This document shows positions 61,911 to 64,000 of a DNA stretch of 64,000 bases, one piece after another (within the stretch, counting starts at the first letter, position 1; every line of letters begins with the position of its first letter). This stretch comes from Botryllus schlosseri (taxonomy: Eukaryota). The notes beneath the pieces were generated by a model that ran no database searches, was not told the origin of the DNA, and saw nothing but the letters and a program-made list of their open reading frames with translations. The stretch lies in contig CM119372.1 of NCBI GenBank assembly GCA_051294905.1, positions 6,140,001-6,204,000 on the forward strand, given 5' to 3'. A program made the translations under genes and the position numbers.

Positions 61911-63551
61911 TAGGGATCGCCAACTCAAAACGGGTCTCGGGCAGTGTTGGGATCAAGTCACTGCCTTCGAGTCACGAGTCATTTCGAGTCATTGCACATT
62001 TTGACTCGAGTCAAGTCAAGTCAATCGATTTTCGAAGGTGACTCGAGTCAAGTCGAGTCACTCGATTTTTGGAGGTGACTCGAGTCAAGTCGAGTCAAGT
62101 CAAGTCAAGTCACGAGTCAAGTCACAATTCAAGTCAAAAGTCGCCTTTTCGAAGTATGAGGCATGGTTACGTCATTGCATTTTGCATGCTGTCTAAAATA
62201 CAGATTGAGTGGTCATTGATTTTGAACCGATGAACGAATACAGAGTTAAATATACACGCAAGAAGCCGCTATATCGCTCACACATGCGTAGAACTGCTAA
62301 ACTACGTAATTGCATAGCCTCAGTTTATAGTCACCAGCCAAAATAGAGAATAGAGAATCGAATTGATAAGATGTAATACATTACCCATTTACAAATTGAT
62401 ATGATACAATTCGAGCCTGCGCCAATGGCCGAGGACTATATAGACTATATTCGAATTCAATTTCAATAAAACAAGAGGTTTGGTTAGGTAAGAACAGAGA
62501 ACAGAAATAGACATTTTGCTATTAAATTACTGTATTAACCTAGTTTACGACAACGTAAGCTGTAAGCGTCGATCAATTCGTTTGTGGTCAATTTATTTGT
62601 GAGAGAACAATGGAGGCTCAGTAAAACGCACGATCATTGAATGATTGGTCGCTCTCACGGGTTACACCAGCGTTTTGCGAACAATCCGAATGTATGCTAG
62701 ATACAATGATTTTTATCGACACCGATTACTTGATGACTTGAAATTGACTCGTGAATTTTGCTCCGAGTCACGAGTCAATCCTCATTTTTGATACGCCGAG
62801 TCAAGTCAAGTCAAGTCATTTTAGCAAAGTGACTCGAGTCAAGTCAAGTCATACGAAAAAGGTGACTCGAGTCTGAATCGAGTCAAGTCATGACTCGAGT
62901 CATCCCAACACTGGTCTCGGGCCACTTTTAAAATTTCATGGCGGCCGCGGGCCGCATTTATTCAATATCGATATCAAATAGCCCATACAGCTAATCAACG
63001 ACGTTTTAAACCCTAAAGTGATTACAACGCTATGTTATCTAACATAGGCGATGGGCAACGGGCATAGCTACCACAAAAGCAGTAATATTTTATCAAAGCA
63101 ATAAAAATACAACAAAAATCTCGATTAATAATTTCCTTTTATTCTGAACAATGAGCTGTGCACGATACATGACGACGTTTTTCAGCGACTAGGGAATCGA
63201 TATTGAGGCTAGCGAGAGGAGTAAAAAGACTGTCTCCATGCACGTAAAGCTTGATTTTATGGCGAGGCCATAAGCACATTGTCTAAGCGCCCATCGGTCT
63301 TGGCAGTGTTTGGGCCATTGCACGTCAAGGCAATATGCCCATGCCCATTGCCCAATGCCCATTCATATCAGCTGTTCTCCTTCGACGGAATGCTGTTGTC
63401 ATCGCCGTTTTAGTTAGTGAGGAATAGTGATGTTGGACAAATGAGAATGCTTTTCGTAGCATTCTTCCGAAATCTCAAATCAAGTCGCGGGCCGCAAAAT
63501 ATGACCTCGCGGGCCGCATGCGGCGCTCGAACGCCGTGTTGGTGACCCCTG
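61911..63551. mobile_element. hAT-like MITE (GCGGGCCG family) hosting a nested element
   Basis: TSD CGTTAAAC/CGTTAAGC; relatives at about 43366-44027 and 44169-44727. Confidence 0.75.
61942..62913. mobile_element. hAT-like MITE with GAGTCAAGTC subterminal arrays
   Basis: TIR CAGTGTTGGGAT; perfect TSD GTCTCGGG. Confidence 0.92.
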
Positions 63552-64000
63552 CGTTAAGCAATAGTTATGCGGCCCTCCACACATGATGCACCTCATAAAG
63601 AAATACCCAGTCGGAATCGTATGCGTCTCACGAATGAAGGTTTTTCGGCTACGTTTGGGAAATTCCAATATATATTTAGAATATGCCTATACAATCCTGA
63701 TGGGTCGTAAAAAATAACAGCATGCAACAAAGTGATTAATAAAATCGAAAGATGCATCATCAATAAGTTTTTGCCAAAACTTTTCGAAGACAACCCCTCC
63801 ATCAACTCTACCAGTTAATCTGCCACGTGGGCTAAGAACGGATAAATCTTTGACAGTAATATACGAAACAACCAATAGTATCGACGAAATTATTTTCACG
63901 GTAGAAAAGTAGTCCAGATAACATTTCCTAGCATTTATACTCGCGATTTTGGTGCATAAATATAGTAAGCCTCCGGCACAGAAAAACTTTTATACGCATG

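Noticed and set aside
60309..64000. Mucin or TM exons of gene B
   Set aside because: No similarity to 36114-38916 or 41571-41749 was seen; the region is mostly MITEs.

Overview
Eukaryotic (metazoan, probably invertebrate; species not identifiable from sequence), AT-rich, transposon-saturated window. No bacterial genes, rRNA, true tRNA or CRISPR array is present. The main content is a spliced + strand gene that I reconstructed by hand (13828-41749, 14 intact exons, about 533 aa if all are included). It encodes a type-I membrane protein: signal peptide, short unique N-terminus, one EGF-like domain, five near-identical calcium-binding EGF repeats, five Ser/Thr-rich mucin-like repeats, a transmembrane helix and a 27-aa tail. 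Every intron is phase 1, so each internal exon is a frame-neutral cassette. A tandem paralogue starts at 52601 and shows only two cbEGF exons; its 3' end is not seen in the window. The rest is nested mobile DNA: a 6.35-kb foldback-type element with satellite arms, a V-SINE-like tRNA-derived SINE, an Academ-like insertion, many hAT MITEs with 8-bp TSDs, a 4.57-kb composite hAT unit carrying cargo, and decayed Chapaev3, hAT-transposase and Gypsy-gag remnants. Gene models rest on GT-AG sites, reading phase, domain patterns and paralogue conservation, not on transcript data. Transposon family names are recalled motif matches, not search results.
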